DNA from: Minisyncoccota bacterium
GTDB taxonomy: Bacteria > Patescibacteriota > Minisyncoccia > Phycocordibacterales > UBA2100
Reading direction: 5' to 3'
NCBI GenBank assembly: GCA_965267345.1
Contig: OZ253947.1
Coordinates: 398,665 to 462,664 of the forward strand
Length of the DNA: 64,000 nucleotides
Shown here: positions 18,768 through 29,188 of the stretch, one piece after another
How positions within the stretch are numbered: the stretch's first letter is position 1
Layout: the number at the start of each line of letters is the position of its first letter
Position numbers and translations under genes: made by a program
The notes under the pieces: model-generated
What the model was told of the DNA's origin: nothing
Database searches by the model: none
The model's input: the letters and a program-made list of their open reading frames with translations, nothing else

Positions 18768-20687
18768 TTACTGAGTATTTAGTTCTTGCTGAGCGTCTGG
18801 CCAACCCATTTCCGCAAGAAATCGAGACCGCCTCTTTTGCCAACCGCGATAGTCTTTTGCCGTCGATAGAACAAGATGCTGCTTGCAGCGCGTAATGGCT
18901 ACAAAGCAATTCCGGCGCTCTTCCTCCATCTCGGGTGAAGCATCTCCCTTCTTGACGCTCTGCCAGGACGGCATTTCATCTTCCGCTAATCCAACAAGGT
19001 AGACTGTATCGAATTCGAGCCCCTTGGACGAGTGGACGGTCAAGAGGCTGACGGCATCTGGATCTTTAGGAGGTTCTTTTGAACGCAGTGCCAATCCTTG
19101 TACGACCTCCGCCAAATCGGGATTTGGCCCGATTTCCGATCGAATTTCCCGAAGACAAGCGTCCCATGCTCGCTGGTCTTCCACGACGTCGCTCACCGTA
19201 CCATCCTCGATAACCTCAGTTTTCAATAAGAACGGGATGGCCCGTTTGATCACATCGCTCCATCTGCTTCTTGAGTCGATTAACTCGTGAGTAAATTGCG
19301 CAAGATGCTGTGGCGTTGATTCCGGCTCATGTCCAACGACCTCACTCCAATGCTCCAAGAAGCTTTGGCTCGAAGCCTCAGACTCGGCAATCAAAATGGT
19401 TGGATCGAGCTCCATGTCCGCGAAGCGGTTGGCGGCATTCACTAGCGTTGTGAAGACTCTTTTGTTTCGAGGCCGAACAGCTTGATCGAGACAGGACTGA
19501 AGCCACACGAATTGAGGTGACGCAAAGCTATCGCGCCGCTGTGCTATTGCGGCCTTTACGCCTTTGGCCTTCAGCGCGGTGAGTACCGGTTCAAGCAGCG
19601 CCCGGGTTCGGCCGATTACGGCAATTTCTCCATGATCTTCGGCAGAGACTTTAGATATTTCCGTAGCAACAAATTCGCTTTCGTCAGTGCTGTTCTCAAA
19701 TTCGTGGAAGAATATTGTGTCAGGTGCGGCTTCTCGAGTCGGCACAATTTTCTTCTTGTCGGGTGTGCGCTGAGTATTGTGGGAGACAAGGCGGTTAGCG
19801 ATGGAAACAACCTCAGCTGGGCAGCGACGATTTTCCACAAGTTGAATCAGCTCCGGCTTAAAATCATCACGGAACCGCTCAATCTGACGGTAGCTCGCTC
19901 CCGCCCACTGAAAAATTATTTGATCGTCATCAGCGACACACATGACGTTGGAGAATTCCGCGCCTGTCATGTAGTGAAGAAGCCAATACTGGGCTCTCGT
20001 CGTGTCCTGAAATTCGTCAACCATCCAATAGGGATATGTACGGCGGATGCGCTTCGCCACCGCCGGCACCTGGGCAAGTAGCCGGCAGGTCTCCAAAATC
20101 AAGCCGTTAAAATCGAGTGCGTTCTCGGCGCGTAAAGCTTCCTCATACAGTTTGTAGACAGCGGGCATGCGTGGGTTTCGTATGTGTTTGGCCGCTTTAT
20201 CCGGGACTACCAACCGTGCCTTCATTTCATCGATAGCGCGAAGAAAGTGGATGTCCTCAGCGACAAAGTCGCTCCCACTCGCCGCGGCTGCCTCAAGCGC
20301 ATCAGCGAGCAGTGCCTCTCGCTCACGCTCAAGATCGAAAATCCCGAAGTCAGGTTCAATACCGATGTGGGAGCCATGTTGCCGCAAAATTTGAGTGCAA
20401 AAAGCGTGAAATGTTCCAATGAACGTGCGGTCGTCTACGGAACCTGGAACCATTTGTTCCACACGTTCGGCCATTTCGGCGGCAGCTTTCGTCGTGAACG
20501 TAAGCGCGAGGACACGAAAACGCTTTTGTGGAGATTCTTCCAGAAGGCGCGCAAGCCTGGTCGTTAATACACGCGTCTTGCCGGATCCTGGTCCAGCCAA
20601 AACGAGAGCAGCGCCATCGCGCCACATAACGGCTTCGCGCTGGATGTCGCTTAGGCTATCGATTGCATCTTGAAATTCGCTGCTCAT
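18768..20687 (-). CDS. UvrD/Rep/PcrA SF1A helicase (GajB-like)
   Basis: AGPGSGKT, LTFT, TFH, VDEFQD, TVHSSKGLEF, EERR..FVAITR; 4-nt overlap with OLD gene. Confidence 0.92.
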   Translation of the reverse strand: MSSEFQDAIDSLSDIQREAVMWRDGAALVLAGPGSGKTRVLTTRLARLLEESPQKRFRVLALTFTTKAAAEMAERVEQMVPGSVDDRTFIGTFHAFCTQILRQHGSHIGIEPDFGIFDLEREREALLADALEAAAASGSDFVAEDIHFLRAIDEMKARLVVPDKAAKHIRNPRMPAVYKLYEEALRAENALDFNGLILETCRLLAQVPAVAKRIRRTYPYWMVDEFQDTTRAQYWLLHYMTGAEFSNVMCVADDDQIIFQWAGASYRQIERFRDDFKPELIQLVENRRCPAEVVSIANRLVSHNTQRTPDKKKIVPTREAAPDTIFFHEFENSTDESEFVATEISKVSAEDHGEIAVIGRTRALLEPVLTALKAKGVKAAIAQRRDSFASPQFVWLQSCLDQAVRPRNKRVFTTLVNAANRFADMELDPTILIAESEASSQSFLEHWSEVVGHEPESTPQHLAQFTHELIDSRSRWSDVIKRAIPFLLKTEVIEDGTVSDVVEDQRAWDACLREIRSEIGPNPDLAEVVQGLALRSKEPPKDPDAVSLLTVHSSKGLEFDTVYLVGLAEDEMPSWQSVKKGDASPEMEEERRNCFVAITRCKQHLVLSTAKDYRGWQKRRSRFLAEMGWPDAQQELNTQ

Positions 20688-22603
20688 GACCCTCTTGTTT
20701 TGAGCCGTTCGATCAAGTCCACGAAAGGCTTCGGCATTTGAGCGGCGAGCTTTGCATCCGCTGCAACCATAGGAGCGAGCTCTGTCATGTAAGCCACCTT
20801 TCTATTTTTCAGGTGGCGCTTGAGCGTATCCAAGTCACACGATTTTGCCGAAGACCCGATGAGATCACAGAGTATGTCACGGAGGAGAGCTTCATGACCG
20901 TCTGCGATGAGTTGCTCCTCCAAATTGTGTGGCGGCGTAAGTGAGGTAACTCGCTCATCGACCTCTGCTTGTGTGAAGCCCCGCTTCACTATCTGCTTAC
21001 AAAATCTCGCACCTTCATCGTCACCATCGACAATCATGTCCCAAGGAATTTCGAAAGCATCCGCGAGAGCTGCATAGATGGCCGGGCTACCGTTGTTCTG
21101 AAAATCAATGACAGCGACGCCGTGCTGATCGAGATCGTATCCCAGGGCCATACCCAATGCATGAAGAAGTAGGTAGTCAGACTGGCCCTCCGCCAATACC
21201 CAGCGACGAGCAAAAAAGATCTCTCCCCGCATACGACGCCCCAGTAAGGCAAGGTCAGCCTCATCCTCCTTCGATATAAGCAACCGACATTCATGTCGAA
21301 ATTCAGCAACAACCTTTTCCATACTGCTGGCGGATGTCGTGGATTTCCAACAGGCTGCCAAATCGGCGGCGAATTTCTCATCGAACCAAAGCGTAGCTGA
21401 CACGGTCCCTGATTTTTCGTCCTTCTTGATCCAATCCAACCGGCGACCAGCTACCAGGTTCTTTACTTCCTCCGTCCACGGAAGATCAGAAACAACGCGT
21501 CGCTTCAGCTTGCTCACTGAAGTGGAACCGTCCACAAATCGTACGTATCGAAGATTGTGTAGCGGTACATTCTGCACAAAATAGGGAGAATGCGTGGTGG
21601 CAATCGACTGTCCCGGTAGCTCACATATGCGTCTCCAGAGCGTGCGTGCTGCCTGTGGGTGCAAGTGAACCTCTGGCTCTTCAATTGCAAAAATTGGCTC
21701 GGCACCCTCAGGAAGGTCACTTGCCAACGCCTGCGCAATTGCCGCCTGAAATAGAAAAATCACCGCTAAGCTTTGGAGACCTTGTCCATGGTGATCGAGC
21801 GGCAGCCACGGATGAAGCTCTTCATTTCGGAGAACCAGACCGGCGCGAGAGAGAAGATCCCACAAATTCAGAGGTAGCATACGGAGTCGTGCCGTGCCGG
21901 GTTTGTCTCCTGATGCTATTTCCGTCGCACGGCCGATCGTCTCCGCAATCTCAGCAAATCGCTTATCAGAGCTAAGAAGCTTCTCATCAAGCTCATCAAG
22001 TTTCTCTTTGACTTCCATCTCTAGTGCTGGGGGCACATTCATCGATTTGAGCAGCCCACCCCAGTAGCGAGATCGTGCAGTGAATTCCGCATCGGCGTCC
22101 CGCAAGGCACCAAGCCAGTAGAAAAGTACGTAGTTGTAGAAGCCAGAAAGATTGATGGAGCGCCGTCTCACCCCCATCGGCTTGCCATCTGGATTCAGAA
22201 ACTCCCACGCCGGCTTGAATGCTTCGTCATCCGGATCCCAGGAGTAGGAGATTGCTATGGCTACCTGGTTCAACCCGTCGGTTGTGAGCGTCACGATGTC
22301 ATCCAGATCTGCGACCATGTCCTCAGGCCACTCATCTGGCTCGGTCTCTTCAAAGACAATTTCTATTCGGGATCCTGGGGCAGAGCGAGGGTCATGCTTC
22401 TTCGGATCCGCTATGTGAATGTCATCTTCGGTGAAGCCTGTACCGCGTTGGCCCCATCGACGAGACAACGCGATTCTGAGCGCCTCCAAAATTGCTGACT
22501 TCCCGGAGTTATTCGCCCCAATTAAAACAGTCGTATCGTCCAACTCGAGGGTGAGTTGGGCGATCGATCGGAAATTCTCAATGTGTAACCGTCGGATCTT
22601 CAT
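20684..22603 (-). CDS. OLD-family ATP-dependent endonuclease, ABC ATPase plus TOPRIM (GajA-like)
   Basis: IENFRSI, GANNSGKS, IEEPEVHLHP, TTHS, LAEGQSD, DGD. Confidence 0.92.
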   Translation of the reverse strand: MKIRRLHIENFRSIAQLTLELDDTTVLIGANNSGKSAILEALRIALSRRWGQRGTGFTEDDIHIADPKKHDPRSAPGSRIEIVFEETEPDEWPEDMVADLDDIVTLTTDGLNQVAIAISYSWDPDDEAFKPAWEFLNPDGKPMGVRRRSINLSGFYNYVLFYWLGALRDADAEFTARSRYWGGLLKSMNVPPALEMEVKEKLDELDEKLLSSDKRFAEIAETIGRATEIASGDKPGTARLRMLPLNLWDLLSRAGLVLRNEELHPWLPLDHHGQGLQSLAVIFLFQAAIAQALASDLPEGAEPIFAIEEPEVHLHPQAARTLWRRICELPGQSIATTHSPYFVQNVPLHNLRYVRFVDGSTSVSKLKRRVVSDLPWTEEVKNLVAGRRLDWIKKDEKSGTVSATLWFDEKFAADLAACWKSTTSASSMEKVVAEFRHECRLLISKEDEADLALLGRRMRGEIFFARRWVLAEGQSDYLLLHALGMALGYDLDQHGVAVIDFQNNGSPAIYAALADAFEIPWDMIVDGDDEGARFCKQIVKRGFTQAEVDERVTSLTPPHNLEEQLIADGHEALLRDILCDLIGSSAKSCDLDTLKRHLKNRKVAYMTELAPMVAADAKLAAQMPKPFVDLIERLKTRGS

Positions 22604-22659
22604 GCGTCACGCTCATGCAAAGGAGCGAGAATTCATTGTATCATGAGCATGCAGATCAA

Positions 22660-22935
22660 ATGCGTACAAACAAATCGAAATACGATATTACGGGAGCTGC
22701 AAATAAGCGCTTGCCGGACCGCAATCCGGAGTTCCCGTTCATACGGGAGCTGTGCGCCCATCTCTCAGAGGAAGAAATCCAAGAGGCCAATGAGAGCTTC
22801 TGGCGTTACACCGAGATCGTACGGGGCATCTTTGACCGCCAGGAACGCGATCGGAAATTTGCTCAGGATGCGGCCGAAATACGGCCGGACGAGGTAGATG
22901 AAGAAGCCTCGAACCATAGTGGCGAATTTTCGTGA
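22660..22935 (+). CDS. Small acidic helical hypothetical protein at island edge
   Basis: LSEEEIQEANESFWRYTEIV; lies between OLD gene and tRNA-Glu. Confidence 0.5.
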   Translation: MRTNKSKYDITGAANKRLPDRNPEFPFIRELCAHLSEEEIQEANESFWRYTEIVRGIFDRQERDRKFAQDAAEIRPDEVDEEASNHSGEFS

Positions 22936-23009
22936 TCGCAGAACGTAACAGAGCGCTCAATAGAGCGCTCTGGTGCGTCAAGGCACAAAAACTTGATGGA
23001 TTTAATGGC

Positions 23010-23084
23010 TGGTGACCCTACGGGGAATCGAACCCCGATTTCCACCGTGAAAGGGTGGCGTCCTAGCCGTTAGACGATAGGGCC
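23010..23084 (-). tRNA. tRNA-Glu(TTC)
   Basis: GGCCCTA...TAGGGTC ACCA; anticodon loop CTTTCAC. Confidence 0.95.
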
Positions 23085-23150
23085 GTACGTGCGGCGCTAC
23101 TATACCGCACTTTTTGGGCATGGGCAAAAAAGTATGCTACCGTTTGTCGC

Positions 23151-23234
23151 GGAGGGTTGCCCGGAATTGGTAACGGACCGCACTCGAAATGCGGCGCGCG
23201 CAAGCGCTTGTGGGTTCGAGTCCCATGCCCTCCG
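23151..23234 (+). tRNA. tRNA-Ser(CGA)
   Basis: GGAGGGT...GCCCTCC G; long variable arm; loop CTCGAAA. Confidence 0.92.
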
Positions 23235-23458
23235 CTCGTTTGTACGTAACTATCTACACGTCCATACCTGCGATTCGAAAAGATGTTTTACTGCACGAGG
23301 ACCGCCCTTACGCAAACCTCTGATACAAGGTCGGTCCTTGTTCTGCTTGCAGGGTGTTTCGTACCTACTGAGATATCTCAGTAGGTATACCAAAGTTAAT
23401 TCAAAAGTTGATGTTATACTACCCTCGCCATGACGTCTGTGCTACCGTACATCGGTAT

Positions 23459-24631
23459 ATGGCAACGATACTAGCGGTTGAGACATCGTGTGACGAGACA
23501 GGCATTGCGATTATTGACACTGAACGCACTGACGAACAAGTGCGCGTGCACGTGCGTGCCGATGCACTGCTCTCACAGGCGGTGCTGCACGCCGAATACG
23601 GCGGTGTGTATCCCACACTCGCCAAACGAGAACACGCAAAAAATCTCGGACCACTCTTCACTGACGCACTGACAAAAGCAGGCCTCTTCATTCCTGCGCA
23701 GGAGTCGATCATGTCACAAGAGAAAATTGGAGAGATTAAAGAATTACTTGAGCGCGAGCCTGAACTATTCGTACACCTTGCCGTACTCCTTGCGAAGCTC
23801 GAAAAGCCACCAATTGACGCCGTCGCGGTCACGAATGGCCCCGGGCTGGAACCAGCACTATGGGTTGGTATCAATTTTGCGCGAGCACTGGGTACCGTGT
23901 GGGATATTCCCGTCGTACCCATCAACCACATGGAAGGGCACATTATCGCGGCCGTTGCCGAGCCGGTAAACGAAACAGAATTCACCATTTCACACCCCAC
24001 CTTCCCTGCCCTAGCACTGCTTATCTCAGGCGGCCACACCGAATTGGTGCTCATGCGCTCGTGGCTTTCATATGAGCGGATTGGCAGTACACGCGATGAC
24101 GCGGCGGGTGAGGCATTTGATAAATCGGCACGACTCATCGGCTTGCCGTACCCTGGTGGTCCGGAAATATCGAAGCTCGCAGAAGCAGCGCGCGCCGAAG
24201 GTCTTGAGCAGCCATTTTCACTTCCACGGCCCATGATCGCCACCAACGACTGTGACTTCTCGTTCTCAGGACTGAAGACGGCTGTCCGTACACTGGTTAC
24301 TGAGGCTGGCACCCTTGATGAAACACAAAAGAAGCAGTTTGCACGTGAACTGGAAGATGCGATTAGCGATGTCTTGGTTGCCAAAACACGCCGTGCAATT
24401 GAAACCTACGGTGTCGCATCACTAATCGTCAGCGGTGGTGTATCGGCAAATACCCACATTCGTACGCAACTTGCCGCTCTCGCTGAAGAATATAACGCAA
24501 CGCTCTTCCTTCCCTCGCCCGACTTGGCAACTGACAATGGGCGCATGATTGCCTTTGCGGCATCAATTCACGACGCTGACTCAGCGCGCGAAAAAGATAT
24601 TCGTGCTGAGGGAAATCTACAACTAGCGTAA
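23459..24631 (+). CDS. tsaD: tRNA t6A threonylcarbamoyltransferase TsaD
   Basis: ETSCDET, GPGL, NHMEGH, SGGHT, GEAFDK, TDNG. Confidence 0.96.
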   Translation: MATILAVETSCDETGIAIIDTERTDEQVRVHVRADALLSQAVLHAEYGGVYPTLAKREHAKNLGPLFTDALTKAGLFIPAQESIMSQEKIGEIKELLEREPELFVHLAVLLAKLEKPPIDAVAVTNGPGLEPALWVGINFARALGTVWDIPVVPINHMEGHIIAAVAEPVNETEFTISHPTFPALALLISGGHTELVLMRSWLSYERIGSTRDDAAGEAFDKSARLIGLPYPGGPEISKLAEAARAEGLEQPFSLPRPMIATNDCDFSFSGLKTAVRTLVTEAGTLDETQKKQFARELEDAISDVLVAKTRRAIETYGVASLIVSGGVSANTHIRTQLAALAEEYNATLFLPSPDLATDNGRMIAFAASIHDADSAREKDIRAEGNLQLA

Positions 24632-25276
24632 CGCCTGTCGCAGCACAGTGAGAGTTTCCTGCGCCGTCGTATCACGCACGGCGGCTGCAGGAATGCTGAT
24701 ATGCGCAAGTTGGCGATACTGTGCGAGACGGTCTTCCAGTAGGCGCGGGTAACACCGACGCAGTGCCTGCTCTTCCGATTCCCCCGCTTCCAGCGTGAAG
24801 TAGCCACACCACGCAACCGGTTTTGGCTTTTCAAGAAATGCTTCGACGAGCCCGTCGAGTGACTCATCCCCCACATCCAAGTGCACGATAAGGCAGTTGT
24901 CGTGAAGGATGCGCAGTGTTCGCGGCTCGAGGTGTACCACACTACCGGTCGTATCGAATACCAGATTTTTGCCGTTGGTTTGCATCGAAGCGTGACGCGT
25001 AAACTCATTTTCTAATTCTAAGTACCGCGCTTCGCGTTCTGCGTACGTCGGCGTGTCAGGGTAGCCGAGCCACGCAGAAATATCGGCCATATCGTCAAAG
25101 CCGAGCTCGTGCTGTATCTCACCATCAACGTGGTACCACAAAAAATCCTCCGCATCGCGGAGTACTTTTGAGCGAAAACTCTTACCGGCATTCGACATGC
25201 CGATGAATGAGAGCCGGAACGTACCGGCGGCAATATGTGCATCAAATTCTTCCGGTTTTAGTTGTACCGACTGCAT
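24623..25276 (-). CDS. P-loop kinase (shikimate kinase-like)
   Basis: GMSNAGKS Walker A; DTTGSV. Confidence 0.7.
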   Translation of the reverse strand: MQSVQLKPEEFDAHIAAGTFRLSFIGMSNAGKSFRSKVLRDAEDFLWYHVDGEIQHELGFDDMADISAWLGYPDTPTYAEREARYLELENEFTRHASMQTNGKNLVFDTTGSVVHLEPRTLRILHDNCLIVHLDVGDESLDGLVEAFLEKPKPVAWCGYFTLEAGESEEQALRRCYPRLLEDRLAQYRQLAHISIPAAAVRDTTAQETLTVLRQALR

Positions 25277-25345
25277 AGTCTTCGCGAGTATAGCATTGAG
25301 CTTTTGTGGCGTACAGTGTGGAAGAAAAAGAGCACCAGTGCTAGT

Positions 25346-27562
25346 ATGAGCGTCATGTCAGACGATGCACACCAGCCACATATTCCGGAAAAGTTTCTCT
25401 CCCCGTACAACCCGCAGGAGACTGAAGATACACTCTATGCCCTCTGGGAGCAGTCGGGGTTTTTTAATCCTGACGTGTGTATCGAAAAAGGTGTCACCGA
25501 TGCCGACGCTGAACCGTTTTCTATTGTACTACCACCCCCAAACGTAACCGGCACCCTCCACATGGGTCACGCTGCTATGCTTGCGGTTGAAGATATCCTC
25601 GTGCGCTACCATCGCATGAGCGGCAAGCGCACGCTCTGGCTTCCGGGTACTGATCATGCCGCCATTGCCACACAGGCAAAGGTGGAAAAAGAGCTGATTA
25701 AGAAAGAGAAAAAGAACCGACACGACCTCGGCCGCGAGGCCTTTCTCAAGCGCGTGGAAGCATTCGCCCAAGAGAGTCACGACACGATTGTACGGCAGGT
25801 GAAAAAAATGGGTGCGTCACTCGACTGGAGTCGCGAAGCCTACACACTGGATGAGGCGCGGGCACATGCCGTGAACACCGCTTTTACGAATATGTACAAC
25901 GCGGGTCTGATTTATCGCGGTGACCGCATTGTCAACTGGGACCCCAAGGGGCAGACCACCATCTCTGACGAAGAAATTGTATACAAGGAAGAACACGGAA
26001 AATTCTACTACTTTACCTATGGTCCTTTCACGATCGGAACAGCACGTCCGGAAACGAAGTTTGCCGACAAGTACATCGTGATGCATCCGGAGGACGAACG
26101 CTATGCACAGTATGAACACGGACAGGAACTTGAGGTGGAGTGGATTAACGGTCCGATAACCGCAACCATCATTAAAGACGAAGCGGCCGACCCTGAAATG
26201 GGTACGGGTGTCATGACCATTACGCCGTGGCACTCTGCCGTCGACTTTGACTTGGCGGAAAAATACGATTTGGCCAAAGAGCAGATTATTGACCAGTACG
26301 GCAAACTTCTCCCCATTGCCGGCGAATTTGCCGGTATGAAGATCACGCAGGCGCGCGAGGAAATTGTAAAAAAACTCGACGAGAAGGGGCTGCTTGTCGA
26401 TATCGATGAAAACTACGTGCACAATATCGCCACAGCCGAGCGCACGGGTGGTGTTGTTGAGCCGCAAATTATGCGCCAGTGGTTTGTGGATGTCACTAAA
26501 CCATTCACCCCACCAAACGCTACTGAGGCGCTCAGCTTAAAGGAGTGGATGACGCGCGTTATTCGCGACGAGGAAATCAGCATTTTGCCCGAACGGTTTG
26601 AGAAAACGTACTTTCACTGGATCGATAACTTGCGCGACTGGTGTATTAGCCGACAACTCTGGTATGGCCACCGTGTCCCCGTATGGTATCGCGGCGAGGA
26701 AATGTACGTGGGTGTCACCGCTCCTGAGGGTGACGGTTGGGAGCAGGATCCCGATACGCTTGATACATGGTTTTCGAGCGGCCTCTGGACATTTTCAACA
26801 CTCGGTTGGCCTGAGGACACCGACGACCTACGTACCTACCACCCCACCACCGTGCTGGAGACTGGCTACGACATCCTCTTCTTCTGGGTCGCGCGTATGA
26901 TTTTGATGAGTGGTTTTCACATGGGTGAGGTACCGTTCCGCTATGTCTATCTGCATGGTCTCGTACGCGACGAAAAGGGGCAGAAAATGAGCAAATCGAT
27001 CGGCAATATTATCGACCCCGTGGACATGATTGATACGTACGGTGCCGACGCGGCACGTCTCTCACTTATTATCGGTGCGGCTGTCGGTAACGACCTGAAA
27101 CTTTCAGAGCAACGGGTAAAAGGATACAAGCACTTTGCCAATAAACTCTGGAACATCACACGCTTTGTACTCACGCACACTACCGATGCTGACGTCTCGA
27201 CACCCCCCGCTCTCACGAGCATTGATGAAGCGCGCCTGTCGCGCCTCACCGAAATTGCGACTGAGGTCACGGGGCACATTGAAAGCTTCCGTCTTGACCT
27301 TGCGGGTGACACGCTCTACCAGTACGTCTGGCACGAAGTGGCAGACACCATTCTTGAGGAGAGCAAGGCGGTGCTCACCGGTGACGATGCAGCGGCACGA
27401 CGCTCGACACAGTACACGCTCGCAACTATTCTTACGACCTCGCTCAAACTACTCCACCCATTCATGCCATTTGTGACGGAGGAAATATGGCAATCACTGC
27501 CGTCGCAATTCCCTGAGCGCGACGCCGATCTCCTCATGGTTGCGTCGTGGCCAACACAATAA
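25346..27562 (+). CDS. valS: Valine--tRNA ligase (short form)
   Basis: PPPNVTGTLHMGH, DWCISRQLWYGH, LDTWFSS, KMSKS. Confidence 0.96.
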   Translation: MSVMSDDAHQPHIPEKFLSPYNPQETEDTLYALWEQSGFFNPDVCIEKGVTDADAEPFSIVLPPPNVTGTLHMGHAAMLAVEDILVRYHRMSGKRTLWLPGTDHAAIATQAKVEKELIKKEKKNRHDLGREAFLKRVEAFAQESHDTIVRQVKKMGASLDWSREAYTLDEARAHAVNTAFTNMYNAGLIYRGDRIVNWDPKGQTTISDEEIVYKEEHGKFYYFTYGPFTIGTARPETKFADKYIVMHPEDERYAQYEHGQELEVEWINGPITATIIKDEAADPEMGTGVMTITPWHSAVDFDLAEKYDLAKEQIIDQYGKLLPIAGEFAGMKITQAREEIVKKLDEKGLLVDIDENYVHNIATAERTGGVVEPQIMRQWFVDVTKPFTPPNATEALSLKEWMTRVIRDEEISILPERFEKTYFHWIDNLRDWCISRQLWYGHRVPVWYRGEEMYVGVTAPEGDGWEQDPDTLDTWFSSGLWTFSTLGWPEDTDDLRTYHPTTVLETGYDILFFWVARMILMSGFHMGEVPFRYVYLHGLVRDEKGQKMSKSIGNIIDPVDMIDTYGADAARLSLIIGAAVGNDLKLSEQRVKGYKHFANKLWNITRFVLTHTTDADVSTPPALTSIDEARLSRLTEIATEVTGHIESFRLDLAGDTLYQYVWHEVADTILEESKAVLTGDDAAARRSTQYTLATILTTSLKLLHPFMPFVTEEIWQSLPSQFPERDADLLMVASWPTQ

Positions 27563-27580
27563 GTGCTACAATAGCACTGT

Positions 27581-28261
27581 ATGGAGCTCTCAACGGTTAT
27601 CCTTGCGGCGCTCGGCGGCATTATCCCCGCACTCATCTGGGTGTGGTTCTGGAACCGCGAAGATGCAAAGCATCCTGAACCGCTGCCCCTTATTATTGCC
27701 GCATTCCTCATCGGTATGGTTGCGGTCGCCATCGTCATTCCCTTCCAAAAAATTGCCGCGACTATGCTCTTCGGGACACCGCTGGTGCTTGCGTGGGCTG
27801 CGATTGAGGAAGTGATAAAATTTCTGCTTGCGTACTTCACTGTCCTTGCACATAAGGCAAACGATGAACCCGTTGACGCACTCATTTACGTCATTACCAT
27901 CGCGCTCGGCTTTGCCGCCGCCGAAAACGCGCTGTTTTTGATTGAGCCGATCAGTACGAGCGGCTTTGTTGACAGCGTGCTCACCGGCAACTTCCGATTC
28001 CTCGGCGCCACCCTGCTGCACGTACTTGCCTCATCATTGGTCGGTATCGCGCTTGGTTTGTCATTCTACAAGAGCCATCTCACGAAGTTTATCTACGGTG
28101 CGATCGGCCTTATCCTCGCAATTGCTTTGCACGGACTCTTCAACTTCCTTATACTGAGGAGCACAGGAGGCGAGCTCATACAGGTATTTAGCATTGTGTG
28201 GGGCGGCCTCATTGTACTGCTGCTTGCTTTTGAAAAAGTAAAACGAATTAGAAGAACCTAA
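27581..28261 (+). CDS. PrsW-family intramembrane metalloprotease
   Basis: IEEVIK, GFAAAEN, LLH, LHGLFN. Confidence 0.92.
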   Translation: MELSTVILAALGGIIPALIWVWFWNREDAKHPEPLPLIIAAFLIGMVAVAIVIPFQKIAATMLFGTPLVLAWAAIEEVIKFLLAYFTVLAHKANDEPVDALIYVITIALGFAAAENALFLIEPISTSGFVDSVLTGNFRFLGATLLHVLASSLVGIALGLSFYKSHLTKFIYGAIGLILAIALHGLFNFLILRSTGGELIQVFSIVWGGLIVLLLAFEKVKRIRRT

Positions 28262-28271
28262 CACTGTGTCC

Positions 28272-28799
28272 ATGCGTAAGCCATCATTTTTCGAGCGTCT
28301 CACGGGATCAATTGCCCCGGAAGACTACGACGATTTGTTCGAGTCTGAAGATGCGAACGCACGTCGTCCGCATGCTCTTGCAGACGACGAGGAAGAGGCG
28401 CCGCGACACATTACGCCGCAGACTGACGCTGCGAGTACCCCTGAATGGCCACAGGAAGAAGAGGCGCAAGAAGGTGAGCTGGCGGTTGATGTATACCAAA
28501 CACCCGACCACATTGTGGTGAAAGCACTCGTTGCGGGCGTTAATCCGAATAATCTCGACATTTCACTCACGCGCGACATGTTGACCGTACGCGGGCACCG
28601 CGAGGAACATCAGGAAGTTGAGGGTGACAACTACTTCTATCGCGAACTCTACTGGGGCGGATTCACCCGCACCATCGTACTCCCTGAAGAAATTGATGTT
28701 GATGAAGCTGAAGCCAGTACCTCACACGGCATCCTTGTTATCCGTCTGCCGAAAATCAACAAGGATCGCCAAACAAAACTTAAAGTAAAGACTCGGTAA
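28272..28799 (+). CDS. Hsp20/alpha-crystallin small heat-shock protein
   Basis: VDVYQT, FTRTIVLP, GILVIRLPK. Confidence 0.92.
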   Translation: MRKPSFFERLTGSIAPEDYDDLFESEDANARRPHALADDEEEAPRHITPQTDAASTPEWPQEEEAQEGELAVDVYQTPDHIVVKALVAGVNPNNLDISLTRDMLTVRGHREEHQEVEGDNYFYRELYWGGFTRTIVLPEEIDVDEAEASTSHGILVIRLPKINKDRQTKLKVKTR

Positions 28800-28800
28800 C

Positions 28801-28829
28801 AAAAAACGCCCCGTGAGGGCGTTTTTTTT
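28801..28829. terminator. Bidirectional terminator
   Basis: AAAAAACGCCC-CGTGA-GGGCGTTTTTT. Confidence 0.75.
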
Positions 28830-29127
28830 ATTTCTCCAGTGCTTCGCGCTGTGTTTCAATCGTCTCTTTCCATGTATCAATACTACCGGTGACAAATGCA
28901 TCCTTTTTCTTGCGATAGTTCTCGTAGAGTTTTTCAACCCATTCGGCATCACGCTCAAAAAGCGAAAGGACCGGCATCAAGGCACTTTCTTTTGTGCGAG
29001 CAAAGAGCTCGCTGAACTCACGTTTTGCGTCAAGCGAGAGCGACGACTGCTCGATGATCTCGTGCACTTTTTGAAACGTATTCTTCTCCATTACGTGTAG
29101 TTTTTCACGGCGCTCTGCATTTTGCAA
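28828..29127 (-). CDS. Hypothetical helical protein (start uncertain)
   Basis: Charged helical ORF ending at the shared terminator. Confidence 0.6.
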   Translation of the reverse strand: MQNAERREKLHVMEKNTFQKVHEIIEQSSLSLDAKREFSELFARTKESALMPVLSLFERDAEWVEKLYENYRKKKDAFVTGSIDTWKETIETQREALEK

Positions 29128-29138
29128 GTTACCCTATG

Positions 29139-29170
29139 CAAAACAGCCTGCTCACGAGCAGGCTGTTTTG
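29139..29170. terminator. Terminator hairpin
   Basis: CAAAACAGCCTGCTC-AC-GAGCAGGCTGTTTTG. Confidence 0.75.
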
Positions 29171-29188
29171 TAGCAGGTAACCGCGCGG

